A stretch of DNA of 64,000 nucleotides from Eledone cirrhosa (taxonomy: Eukaryota). Location of the stretch: the NCBI GenBank assembly GCA_964016885.1, contig OZ024741.1, positions 292,578,001 through 292,642,000 on the forward strand. The letters are read 5' to 3'. Positions within the stretch are counted from its first letter, which is position 1, and each line of letters starts with the position of its first letter. The translations under genes were made by a program, and so were the position numbers. Below the pieces are notes generated by a model, which had not been told where the DNA came from, did not search any database, and saw nothing but the letters and a program-made list of their open reading frames with translations. Of the stretch, positions 28,386 through 41,700 are shown piece after piece.

Positions 28386-28822
28386 ATTTATCGTTTTCGG
28401 TGCGCCCGGCCGACTAACTCACTCGATATGCAAATTAGACTGCTCAGCCATTAATATGCATAAGGAAAGTATATACTTTCAAACGTTCACTCATCTGACA
28501 GAAAGGTATACGGTGCTGACGATTGCTAATAAGCTTGAAACTAGTACATCGTTCCTTTGTCAGTGTTGAACAAAAGGGCGACGATGGTTGCCGAGCACTG
28601 TACGGCATAATTCGGGATGTTTGTTTACAAAAAAAAACGAGCATTATAATAAATGTTCGGTAAACCAATACGTACATATATATATATGTGTGCATGTATG
28701 TATATATATACATACTACTGTGCGTCTGTACACATATATGTATGTAGGTATACATACTTATATTTAGGTATCAGCCGTACTAAGAGTAAGAAATGAAATT
28801 TCGTTTCATCCTTTTCCATTTA
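28386..28822 (+). mobile_element. Family C copy 2
   Basis: Colinear with 21906..22356; TA-rich or (TA)n sequence on both sides; attta at both ends. Confidence 0.85.
28510..28552 (+). ncRNA. Type I hammerhead ribozyme (family C)
   Basis: ACGGTG CTGACGA tt GCT aata AGC tt GAAA CTAG TA CATCGT. Palindromic ACTAGT stem III; stem I extends (ctgacagaaagg/cctttgtcag). Confidence 0.85.
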
Positions 28823-29103
28823 TATATATATATATATATGTTCATATGTTTATATGTGAATATATGCTCATATATATATATATATATATAATCGAAGAAA
28901 TTGAAGAAATAGAAGCAGACCATTAAAATATATATGAGGCTTGTTTACATAATTGCATTTATATACATATATATATATGTATATAAATGTAATCTGAGTT
29001 TTTCGAATATTCATAATAACATTCGATTTGTTTGCAATTATGAAAACAAGTCTCAGTTTTATAGCCATGTCAGTAGAATGAACACTTCATTCTTGCTCTT
29101 GTG

Positions 29104-29183
29104 TTGGCATGTGAACAGAACTGCAGACACTAATGTTTCTGGGTATCACCCTTCATCAGTACAGCTCACTGTTCACCTGCCAA
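29104..29183 (-). ncRNA. Type I hammerhead ribozyme with long stem I (family D)
   Basis: Minus strand: ttggca-g-gtgaaca-gt-gagctgta CTGATGA a GGGT gat ACCC a GAAA cattagtg TC tgcagttc-tgttcac-a-tgccaa. Predicted GUC cleavage between 29126 and 29125. Confidence 0.9.
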
Positions 29184-29232
29184 ACTCTCAGAGCTAGTGA
29201 AAATATATGCTATTTTCAAAAATACACAGTGA

Positions 29233-29331
29233 CTGATCGACCTGATTTGTATATTAGCAGACTGGCTGATCAGTCAGATCTGCATATTAGCAGATCCACT
29301 GATCAGCCAGATTCGCATATCAGCAGACTGG
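29233..29331. repeat. Three 33-bp tandem repeats inside the family D monomer
   Basis: Units start at 29233, 29266 and 29299; the middle unit has the hairpin GATCTGC-atatta-GCAGATC. Confidence 0.85.
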
Positions 29332-29777
29332 CCAGTCAATTTCCTGTGTACGAGCGATAAATGGCTGGCTTAGCCAAATTCAAATAAAAAAGAAAATTTC
29401 ACTCTACATGGCTGAATACAATAAATGTAATCTGAGTTTTTTGAATATTAATAACAACATTCGATTTGTTTGCAATTTTGCAAACAAGCCTCAATTTTAT
29501 AGCCATGTCAGTAGAATGAACCCTTCATTCTTGCTCTTGTGTTGGCATGCGAACAGAACTGCAGACACTGTTTCTTTTTTATATGTATATATATATGTAT
29601 GTTTATATGTGTATATATATGTATGTTTATATGTGTATATATAAGTATGTTTATGTGTGTATATATATGTATGTTTATGTGTGCATACATTTATGTGTGT
29701 ATACATATATGTATGTTTATGTGTGTATATATATATATTTATATATATATATGTATGTTTGTGTGTGTGTGTATATA

Positions 29778-29848
<71 letters not shown>

Positions 29849-29882
29849 TGTATATGTACACACCACACACACACACACATCA

Positions 29883-30145
29883 CACTGGTTCACTACATTT
29901 CTGATTGAGTGAGTGACAAGGCTTTTTCTGTGCAATTGGGCAGAACTAACACAGTGCATTTGTATTCCACCAGAATGGTCTTTCATTTTTTTTCTATCGA
30001 TGTTCACATATTCTGCTGATGGTTATCGGTGGAAAATACACACTTGTGTAAATACCCCCTACCCCCGTCCCGTGTATACACACACACACACACACACATA
30101 TATGCAAGTATATATCTATACACATATACACAGACAGCTAAGCAA

Positions 30146-30181
<36 letters not shown>

Positions 30182-30300
30182 TTTTATATGAATACATGTG
30201 TGTATCTTTTTAATATATATACATTGTGTGTTATTTGTTCTGCCCAGTTGCCCAGAAAATGCCTGGCCACCAATTCTATCACAAATGCAGTGAACCAGTG
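29883..30300. mobile_element. MITE-like element with ~70-bp inverted repeats
   Basis: cactggttcact.cattt..ttgggcagaac at the left matches the reverse complement of 30235..30300; no clear TSD. Confidence 0.6.
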
Positions 30301-30632
30301 ATTGATTTGTTGGAAAACTGTAACTAAAAGCACTACTACTGTTAACCAATTGCAATATAAAATATATGTATATATGCCAGCATGGAAAGGGTATGTAAAT
30401 AATAAGTAGCCCACATTAATTGATTTGAATGTAACTATAAAAGCGGGGTTGGCAAAACTGGACAGCATAAGAGGGATGTAGGCTAGGAATGTGAAATCTC
30501 GCTTCTAGTTGCCCCCTAGCTCCTATAACTTGGTTGTCAACATTGATTTAGGTAATTACAGGGATATACAGCCATCTTAGAGCAAATAATTTCAATAAAG
30601 CTTCTCTCTTTCTCCTTCTGTCTCGCTCTCCA

Positions 30633-30693
<61 letters not shown>

Positions 30694-30702
30694 CATACAT
30701 AC

Positions 30703-30764
<62 letters not shown>

Positions 30765-30783
30765 CATATACATACACACATAC

Positions 30784-30814
<31 letters not shown>

Positions 30815-32138
30815 CACACATACATTTTCTTCCATATACTGTACCATTTGTGTTATTATTTCTGTTTGAAATGATGAGCAGGATTTGAAATTCATGGAAA
30901 AAGTTAGATGCTTCATCAAATATGATTTTGAGTATAGAAAAATAATAGAGTATATAATGTGTCTCCACTTAAAATAAATGGACATTAGCACTTGCTAATG
31001 AGAAAAAACAATTTAACGTAGAGTTGTTTCTGATAAATATATATATACATATTTAACATCTATTTTTCCATGCTTGCATGGGTTAGACGGTTGTCATAGG
31101 AGACAAGTCAGGTTCAGTGGCCACGCGTTGTTCATATGGATCTGTATTTTGGTTTAGTTTCTACAGATGGATGCATACACACATAGATACACACACATAT
31201 ATATATACTATAGGTGGAATGTTACTGGTTAAGACTGGAAAGCCATTATGCAACTTAGTACTCTATACTTATGAAAAATGCAATATAAAATTTTGAGGAT
31301 TTTTTGCCCTATGGTTAAAAAAAAAGAATACCTCTCATCAACTAACATTAGGTGATATTTATAAATACCACACTACTACTGCACCTACACTGCTGAAACC
31401 CTCTATGCAGAATCAGGCATACACTATGATACAAGTTCTGACACCTTCAACAATATAACATTTCACAGCTGCCAACCTAATTACCTCAACGACAGAGATG
31501 GAAGATTATATATACAGATACACACATACAACTGAACATATACCAAGTTCCATCCAATTATGAAACAGCATTTTATGTAGATTTCAAAAAACATTTTCTG
31601 TAGAATAAGGCTTACACACAGTAGTTATAACCACAATGCCAACAGGCTACTTCACAACCTCATATTACACACACCAAACACACAACACATATCTAAAAAA
31701 GCACAAAAGTACAAAATTTGTCATAGCAACAAGATTATTTATTGAATTTTGACCCATAGCGTCTGACAATCTAACAGACATGATGTCTGATCTCTTCTAA
31801 CCAGAAACTAAAATACATTATCAAATGCCTCCCCACAATTAAACCCTCTCCCTTAATTAGACACAAGATATAAACAATGAATAACACCAATACCTCCATA
31901 TCTTTCTATACCCTCTATATATTTTTTTCCATTTTCTCCTTTCCTCTTTCTTTTCACTCCAATTATCTTTACCCCACTCATGACAGAGCTCCCTTCTTGA
32001 CAGGTCCCTCACTGATACCTGTCAATCATACTATAACCATGCCCTCATACAGATAATTTTGAAAATAGATGAATCAAATTAGATTATGTTCTTCATCTGT
32101 TATCAAAATGGTAAAAACTGGAGGGCAGCAAATACTTA

Positions 32139-32780
32139 TCTATCTCTATATATAACACTGAGGATCTCTGTGTGTGTGTGTATGTGTGTGTGTTTGTGAG
32201 TTTGAATTCCTAAAACTCAAGAAGTACCTAATCGATGCTTTTCAAACTTTACATGTGTATTACTTATGTTTCAGGGAGTGTTAGGAACATAAAATTCAAC
32301 TTTTTGATCCCCTAGGGCCCACATTAGATGAAAAAGTGTGTTTATTCAGCTTTTTAGAGTTTTTTTTAGGCTCTACGTCAGACCGATTTCCCTAACTATG
32401 TATTAGTCAGTTTCTTTTTCATACCGTGAGCAAAGACAATCCAACTTTTTTATGGCCTAAGCATTAGGTGAAAAACTTCATTTTTTCAGCTTTTTAGGGC
32501 TTTTTTGAGGTGTTACGTCTAGCTGATTTTCCCGAAATTTCAAGGCATATTATGCACATGAAAAAAATTCATTTTCTTGATCCCCTAGGGCCCGCATTAG
32601 GTGAAACCCTGAATTTTTCCTGCTTCATCGAAAAAAATCTTAAGGATTATCCAGCCATCAGAGTATTCGGCTTATTTTCTTTACATATTGTCCAGGCATG
32701 CAGTTTTTAAACAATTAGGTCTGTTGGCAGATAGCGTTCCAAAATAACTTATACTGTACAACGCTGGGTACCACTGCTAG
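32139..32780 (+). mobile_element. Non-autonomous Helitron
   Basis: 5' A|TC..tatataa followed by (TG)n; 3' subterminal gtacaacgctgggtac then CTAG|T; internal duplications (gatcccctagggccc). Confidence 0.75.
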
Positions 32781-35700
32781 TAGATATATATTTGTTTGAT
32801 TTTTGCATGCATGCACGGACATAGATATATATATATATACTTACATGGACCCTCAAATTCATAAAATTCCTATGTTGGATTTTCACCCTGGAAATGGATT
32901 TTTACCTGAACTCTAGTTGAACTTCTAGTTGGATATCTTTTCGGATCTCTAGATTTTCTTGTATATATATATATACATATATAAGCATGCACACATATAT
33001 AATAAGGGGCCTTAACTCCTAATGGATTTGTAGGGATGCCATATTGACATATGCCATGTCTAGGGCAGTTACAACCTGTCAGAACACATCATTCTGCGGG
33101 TCAGAACATAGCAGATATTTTTTTCCAGAGAGAGAGAATTGACTCTGATTTTGAACCAGTTTTTAATATATCGAACTTTAAAACATGAAAGGCAAATTTG
33201 AACTCTACATGTTTTAAATGAAGTGAGTCAGAAAAAATTACTGTGGCATTTTTCATCTGGCACCCTTATGACTATTCTAATTTGTCATTTTACACACACT
33301 CACACACATTTTGTGTGTCTAGATTTCACATCTCACCTGAGTCTATTACCAGCTTTTGAAGCCTACATTTTATCTCTGGTCTGGACCTATTTCCAACTTT
33401 GGTGGAGAACCTATATTTTACATTTGGCCTGAACCTGTTAGCAACTTTAGACGAGCCTGTATATAGGGTAAAATCTAGAATCCAAGGAAATTAATAATGG
33501 TCTATGCCAGTAAACATTTGTCCTTAATAGATTTCTTGGAAAAGTTTGGTAAGTAGGGACGTAAATGATTCACTATAGTTGTTTCTTCTTTCCATGAGTC
33601 CCTCAGCTTCCAGTGGAGTCGTAGGGTGTTGTTGTGACAAATGGCGTGACTTGGGCATTTTAAACATTGCTGTGTCTTTCTCCTGATTTAGCCATAGCTG
33701 CTTTCATTGAGAAAGGAGAGGGAGAGCAAGGAGGAGGGGAAAGAAAGAAGAAAAGAATTGATCCTCAGTATGATTGAAAAGCAGAATTGATCTTAGTAGG
33801 ATTGGATCTCAATGTTGGTACACTTCAGATCATAGATTTGCTGGTGTAAGTCAGGTCAGTGGGTAAACAACAACGTTGATGATCGTCACCAACATAAACA
33901 AGGACAACAATAGTAACAACAACAACTACAACAACAATCAATATGACATTACCAATATGAACAATAGTTGCAACAACCACAACTGCAGTAGAAATCTCAC
34001 ACTTTTTTGTTTCTTTCCTGCCAGAATTAAATAAATATTTACAAAAAAAAAAAAAAATTTCCCCAAATTCATATAAATTGCAAATGAGATGTGCTAACCA
34101 CCCCATCCACACCATACAATAAAAATGTGTCAGATAACAATCTTTTTAAAATATCTCAACAATCAAAACCCATTATTTTTTTAGCAATTCCATTAATCAA
34201 ATAAATGAATGTAGTTGTTAAAAACTTTTAATAATACCATCAACTCTAACTTAACTCCTAATTTGACTGCAGTGATGGCAAGGATGTGATGAGTGTTCAG
34301 AGTGGTGAGAGAAGACGTAGAGGTGGGATTGAGGGGTGGAAATCAAGGGCAGGGCAGATGGGAAAGATGTAGAGGTGGGCTGGCAGAAGAGGTGTAGCAT
34401 CTTTTGATAACCATCATGGTGATATGACAACCATTATTACTCATTATTGTCTGTGGTTATTTTTCTCAGTCTGTGGTTACCTTCTCCTCTTCGTCCACCT
34501 TTCTGTCCTCCACCTTCTTCATCTCTTGACTATCATTATCCTCATCATCACCATCGTCAATGCCTCCTCCTTTAAAATTATGATCTGTCTGTTGTCCCAC
34601 TCACTGCCACTGTTAACATCATGGCAATCATCACATCATCATCTCCATCATCAGCATCATCATTATTGGCATTATTATCATCAGCATGGTTATCTGTTAC
34701 CACCATCATAATTATCACCTGTCACCACCAGCAGCAGTACCACCACCACCTTCATCACCTACAGTAATCACTTTTATCACCACCACTACTATTGTAATAA
34801 TGATGAGGATAATGATAATTATGATTATTCTCCTATCATTCATCCATTATAGCCATCATAATTATCATCCATCATCATCATCTTGGTCCTGAACATCATT
34901 AATGCCGCCATCAACACCAGCATCACCTTCCTCACCATCATCGTCTCACCATCATCTCCAATATTATTGTTACCATTCTCACCATTAACCATTATACCCA
35001 TCATAATTATTATCCTCTTTCATTCTCATCATCATGACCATCGCCACTGTCATGATCGCTATCACCAATGTTACAATCATCAACATCATCATCATTCTCA
35101 GTATCATTGTGAACATCACCATCATCACCAACTATTGCAGTACCATTTTGGTCAATATTAGTCCTGTTATTCGCTGTTGTAATTATTCAGGTCAGGTGAG
35201 GTTGCTGGTTTGAAGATACCTACCTTCATTTCCACTAGTCTACAAACCCTTGAAAATGGTCATGGGCATGGCCCTTCTTTCCCTGACATAAGCATGAAAT
35301 AAAAACATAATTAGCATAGTTAATAGAAAGCATTGTGAGATGTAATAAATTACCCAGTATAATGTTTTACCCAGTATATTTCAACATAATATTTCAGGTT
35401 ATGACCCCCTTTTCAAATGTAAAACGGAAATGGTTCAAAATAAAAGTGAATGATTGATGTGTTCTTTCCTAACTGGTCTATGTGTCTGAAATATGCATGC
35501 ATGGAGTTCTTATTGTAGCCAATCTGTTTCGTGCATTTCCAATCTATTATTTCTCTGTGGTTTTTTCTTGTTGATGTACAAGTCTAAAGACCAGATATTC
35601 AAATTCAGGCAGTGTCTATGCCAATCATATTGATCTCATCCATCCAGGAAGAAACGACAAGATCCCAGACTTCATTTGCATACCTTGGGGGGGGGGGGGG

Positions 35701-37419
35701 GGGAACTTGTTAAATCATACCAAGCAAACAATGTTTCCATTGGTCTTTCCAGTTGCTGATACTATCTACCAGTTGCAACTGCTGGCAGAAGGAGTAATGT
35801 GAAATGAAATCTCTTGTTTAAGGACATATCACATCGTCAAACCCAGGAAACAAACTAACACCCTAATAATTGTGAATCCAATTCTATAACTACAAAGCCA
35901 TATACCTTCACGCTGGCTCTGCTTCATATAAAAAGGTAGCAACACACATCAAAACCACTTAATCATAGAAATGAGACTATGATGGTTTAGTAATGTTGAT
36001 GATGGTTTTAAGAACTTTACTGTATCAAACAAACTCCAAGTAACTCATGGAAAAGAAAAAAACAATAAAATAAACTAAAATATAGACATTTTAATACAAC
36101 CTGTCTAACAAAAGTACTTCCCATATATATATTATACCATGCACTCAGACACACACATATGTGTATATATAATAATAATAATAATACTACACAAACACTC
36201 ATATATGAATGAATACATCCTAATATGAAGCTTATGAAGTCTAGTTAATCAGACATGTGAGTTAAGCTTTCTGACTGCTTGTGTTTATTACTATCAAGAG
36301 ATATATCATGATAGATCTAGCACTGAAGGATAAAAGTAACACACACTCACACACATACAGACACACACATACAAACACACAGCCCACACACATGCACACA
36401 CACATACACTGCACACATACACTTCACACACACACATCATACCACACACACACACATACATGCAAACACACTGCTCATTACAAACATACATGCACATGCT
36501 CGGTGAGTGAGTATTAAGTACATTTGGATTTTTAAAATGGGAGAAAAGTATGCTAAATACGTTATGTAGAATATACATATTTCAATATTTTACATTTGAA
36601 GTTGTAATTACTCTGTAATTAGTCTGGGTCCTTGAGTCATGTGCAAACCGTTTCAACACTTTTGTTACCATTTTTCCAATGAAAAACGATGGCTATGATT
36701 TTCAAATAATTTTTTTAATAACCAGGAATTTAGAGAGATTTAGTATTATAATTAACTTTCTCAGTAATAACTGGTGTTTTCAACATAATTCATACATAAA
36801 ATTATAATGGAATGTTTTAAATACATATAAATATGAAGTAGTTATGTTGGTATCATGACAGAAAGTGGCCAGTCTACACTATAAATTGGTCGTGTTGGTG
36901 CCACAATGAAAAGCATCCAGTTCACACTGTAAAAGTTGTTTGGGGTTAGGAAAAGTATCCAGCTGTAGAAATTGTTGTGAACACTTTTTCACAACAGGAC
37001 AACTCATCTAACCCATGCTGGTGTGGAAAAATGGATGTTAAATGGTGATGATGATAAGCATTTTAAAGTACACAGTATTGTATCATAGAACATAGGGTTG
37101 TTTCAGTTAGTTTGGCATCAGATTTGTTTGAGTGTGACAAATGTTACTTATAACTTGAGGCTTCAGAGTAACATGTGTTTTCAGCTTCAGTACCACTGCA
37201 TGGTGCCTAGGAAATATGTCTTCTACTGTTACAGGTTGATCAGTGCCTTGTGTGTTAACTTTGGTCTACAAAGACAATAGAGATTCTATTATGTGTGTGT
37301 GTGTGTGTATATATATACAGCAACTTACAAGAAAAATTCTATTCCTAATCATCAATTTTTGGTACAAAAGATAGTAGACTTTCAGAGAGGAGATTTTCAG
37401 GTCTACTCCAATTTCGGCA

Positions 37420-38210
37420 CTGATAACCTCAAGCTTGTGTCTCATATAGCCTCTGACAACCAAAGCCCAACTCCTGGCCTTATCTGTTGCAGAGATGTTT
37501 GTAACTGGCTAAGAGAAAGGACAAATGCAATTTACTGTTGCCTTAAAACTAGTTACTGCAGGTAGGCAGAAATTGTCAGCCTTGGATAACAGTTTGTTTA
37601 TGAGAAAGGCCCTCTACTTTCAAAACCAGATTAGATGGGGTTTTTTAGTCATATTTATGACAACTCATATGTGCACTGAGAATTTAGAAATACCCCAGAT
37701 TGATGTCAATGTGTGCAGTAAGTTTACTGGCAGTGAAGGATCCCAAGCTGTTGTGACAACATTCTTCTAAGAGAGAAAAACTCTGAAGTGAAACCGGCAG
37801 TTTACGGGATTACTAATCATCTTGCTTATGGTTATCACCAGAAAATAATCACTGAGTGGCTCTCATGTTGTACAAGTATTTGTCACTATAATCCTTAATG
37901 ATGTACAGATGCCTCTTTTGTGATCTTATGACATTCCATATCTCCAACTATAGGCCAGGATTCTGAATTCTTGGCACCCTATAGATATTGGATCTATTGT
38001 TGCAGCTATTGGGTATCAAACAAATCTGCACCAATGAAATACTGCCACTTCCATAGTTTTATCCCCTTGGAAGATGTAGTATAAGTGGGAGCAGTCACGG
38101 TTCCCTGATCACCTGTGCTGATGTATCTTGTGCTGGGGTGTTATTAGTTTCTGGGGATACGGTTTGATCTTGCCTTTTTTTGCAGTATTGAAAAAGTCAC
38201 CTACTCACAT
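37420..38210 (+). mobile_element. Old RTE 5'UTR-like remnant
   Basis: gcctctgacaaccaaagcccaactcctggcc..gccttaaaactagtt..gtcagccttgg resembles RTE 5' leaders (recognised from memory, not aligned). Confidence 0.45.
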
Positions 38211-38479
38211 AGAAGAGGGTGTAAATTTGAACGCTTGAGACAGCTATCATCTGACAAAATGAAGCAATCATTGGAGAAATATAAAAGGAATAGAAAAGAA
38301 ATTGAAAACTCACATATGAGGATCAGCTGTCAAAACACTCAAATGCCATCAATGACATCAGCACAGAAGTCCAACAAAAATCCCCTCAGGATAGGAAACA
38401 GTGGCCTGGTATACATGGGACAGAAAGTAAGAGAGACTTGTCTCAAGATGAACTTTTCAGGTGCAATATATATGTATAT

Positions 38480-39260
38480 ATGGTTATATATGTATATGCC
38501 AGTTGCTGCCTCTGTCATAAGTTTGCAGAGTCACCCTTAGACAAAACATCATGCAGTATTACAGTTTGATAAAACATTAGCAGCATATATCATACATCAT
38601 CTTTGTGACTACAGTTGAACATTTCTGACAAAGTCTCTCCACAATTCACAATTCTCGATTACTTCCGACATCTGCACTCTACTGAGGCTTATATCATCTG
38701 AGAGTTGATCGATAAAGGTTCAAGCAGTTCTACTACAACTCCCATGAGTTGGTTCTTACAATAGCAGCTTATGTATAATTTGCAGCTTTCTTCTCCAGCA
38801 ATGTCTAGCAAATCGTAACTGTCTTTGAGCAATTGTAGTTGTCTTGGACAAATTTCCCCATAAACATTTGTTTCTACTATGTTGACACCAGTTTATGTTT
38901 TGTACAACTCTAAACATTTTAGTGTATGCACCATATGGTTTCTTTTGAAGTGCTTGTGTCACTGTCCATGTACCTAATCCACACAACAACACTGGTACAA
39001 CAGATGTTCTGAAAAATATTTTGATTTTTCTGGGTAGATCTAACTTCCATAGACCTTTTCATTTTGTTCATTGCAGCCCAGACTTTATAAATTCTAATGT
39101 TAATGTCCTTTATTTATGAACTCATCCAGCTGCCCAAATATAAAGAAAAATCCTCAACTCAATTTAGTATTCTGCCATCCAGTGTGACAAGATTTCCATC
39201 TTCTTTGTTTAGTGACATCTATTCTGTCTTGCTTAGATTTATGCATAGACCATACTTAGA
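38480..39260 (-). pseudogene. Decayed RTE-clade LINE 3' part
   Basis: YLGSW, LLCGLGTWT, YTKMFRVVQNINW, QLRFARHCWR; putative 3'UTR shared with 53092..53225. Confidence 0.8.
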
Positions 39261-39760
39261 GTAATATATTGCTTGTTATCAGGAAAAACATTTGGCTGTA
39301 GAAAAGTTTATTAGAAAAGAGGTTGCAACCAACCTAAGCAAGCATGGAAAACCATATAAAAATAATGATCATAATGAAATTAAATTTTACCTTGTATTGA
39401 AAAATTGTATTAAATATTCAGAAAGTTTGATTCAAGTTGATAATTTCCTTATGTTTTAAATTGAATATCAATTTAAAATTTACTTTGATGTTATTTCTGA
39501 TTTTGGTTCATAAAATTCTGTTTTACTAACTTGCATTTTTTTAAATTGGAATAAATGAAGAAAACTTAAACAAAAATAATTAATTAAATTTATTTTTTAA
39601 ACAAATTAAAATGTGAGAAACGAATATATTTTCCAACAAGAGAAATTAAAAAGAGTAGTATTTCAACTTTTTCATCTATTAAAGTTCTTAAAGAAGATTG
39701 TTGATTTTTTTGCATAACGAAGAAATCTCAATACAGTTAGAAATGGCAGTCAAATTTTCT

Positions 39761-39868
39761 AGATGTGAAATGTAGGCCCCATTTCTACTGGTAAGACCCT
39801 GGCCAGATGTGTAATGCAGGCCCCATTTCTACTGGTAAGACCCAGGCCAGATGTGAAATGTAGTCCCC
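39761..39868. repeat. 44-bp tandem repeat, ~2.5 copies
   Basis: agatgtgaaatgtaggccccatttctactggtaagaccctggcc repeated. Confidence 0.9.
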
Positions 39869-41511
39869 AAACTGCTCATTAAGTATTTTAGTAACCTGAG
39901 CTATATATATACGTGATTAATATATGAGTTGCATATATACACAAGTACATGTAGTGTAGATGTATTTACAAGTATCAGAATAAAATAAAATAATTAGAAC
40001 AATTTATATTTTTAAAAAGGTTACACTTTTCCGGTGCTCACCACGATAAAAACAATGCCAGTCTACTACTGGGGTCAATTATTTCCCTATATCTTTTTTT
40101 TACCACTATTCTCTCTATTCTCTGAAAGAAATTTGCTGTATTCGGGCCTAGAGAAAAGGTGGTCTCTGCCAGATTTTAAAAATTGCCCTAATAAATACAC
40201 GTCAATATGTCACCCTTATGATGCCCTCTGGAGTTACGGGTCCATACAGTACCAATAGGAAGAATAGGTTCTCTTTAAAACCATAGACCTGTGCCAACAG
40301 AATCATTCAACCTCCCTACATCTATTCTGGTTACCTCATGCTATACTATTATCTCTTTTTAAAGAATATATTATTGAACTGATTTTTACCACTCACTTAT
40401 AGGCCAGTCTTTGGAAAATCCTTGAATTCTTAGCTTTTGTAATGACTTTCCACTTAGAATAAGTTTTAGTTTTGAAAATGTTAATAAAATGGCTATAAAA
40501 TTGTTTCATTCCTGAGTTGAATTGGTAAATCCAATTTTCAAATAACTGCTGAAAATTTCAATTAGTTGTGAAAGTGAATTAGAAATTTGACATAGAGAAA
40601 TAAAAACAAACAATGAATTCATACAATGAAAATAAAGAAATGATTTTGCTTGAATTTCTAATCATTTCAATTGAAATTACAATATAATCTATATGATATT
40701 CAACTGGTTGCTTGAACAGTTCTTCTTGTGTTATCTTCATATACTACTGGCAAAATATAATAAATTGTGTGTTTATTTTGGTTGATTTTAATAATTTTGT
40801 TTATAATTAACTAATACAGATCAATGAAAGTATTAACAAAAGTAGAACAAAACACTTAATTTCATTAGCTCCTTCTAGAATCTTGCAACTGAGTATGATG
40901 GAGCACCCTTTCAGGGGCCAGCATGTAAGTGAATAAAATATTTGTTTGGTCATGTTGATTTTCATACCAACAGAGAATGCATTTTTTTTGTTCCCTTTAA
41001 CAGTGTGTTTTGGTTTTGTATAAACAGTTTTTTAAATAAAATGACCTCAGCCTGTCAGCTGGACATGTAATAGCATAATAGAGTAACCATTTAAAGTACA
41101 AGGTCATTTTAGAGGAGAACAGAATAGATCATTTCTCTATTATATGTCTGGTACTGAAAGAGAGGAAAGCAGGATTTAATTCAGATCAGAAAGAGATATA
41201 ACTAAATACTGTAAGACATTGTGTCCACTGCTCTATTGATTCTGCCAATAGTTGCTAACTTTAGCACAATAACAACTTTTTACACAGGCATAAGGCCTCA
41301 CATTTGGCAGATGGGTATACAGTTTTATCAACATGTCTTGTTCCCTAGTACTTAACTAGTACTATATTTCATTGACTCTAGGAGGATGGAAGACAAGGCA
41401 AAACTGACCTTTGTGGCATTTGATCCCAGAATGTAAACACACAATTATATACTACAAAGCATTGTATCCAGTGCTCTATTAATTCTGCCAATAATGCTAG
41501 TTTTGGCATGA

Positions 41512-41700
41512 TAATTGTTTCTACTTTTGGCACAAGGCCAGCAATTACCCAGTGCATTACTGGTACTTTATTTTATCGACCCCGTAAGGATGAAAGGCAA
41601 AGTTAACCTCGGCGGGATTTGAACTCAGATCGTAAAGGGGACGTAACTATGCTGGAAAGCATGGCGTCCGACCCTCTACCGATACTGCCAATCCACCGCA
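41512..41700 (-). mobile_element. SINE S2 (young copy)
   Basis: Reverse complement of the S2 sequence; CpGs retained. Confidence 0.88.

Larger units (their letters stand above)
28983..29574 (-). mobile_element. Retrozyme-like element, family D (about 1.35 copies of a 438-nt monomer)
   Basis: 28983..29139 is repeated at 29421..29574; full hammerhead at the junction; (TA)n-type flanks. Confidence 0.85.

Noticed and set aside
30370-30612. Solo-LTR-like segment with TATAAAA and AATAAA
   Set aside because: There are no convincing TG..CA termini or TSD and no second copy in the window.
31330-32040. Possible old I-clade LINE 3' remnant (also 49290-49600)
   Set aside because: It is too decayed to translate a diagnostic motif by eye.
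35224-35282. Minus-strand exon-like segment with good splice sites
   Set aside because: It has stops in all three frames; it could only be non-coding and has no other support.
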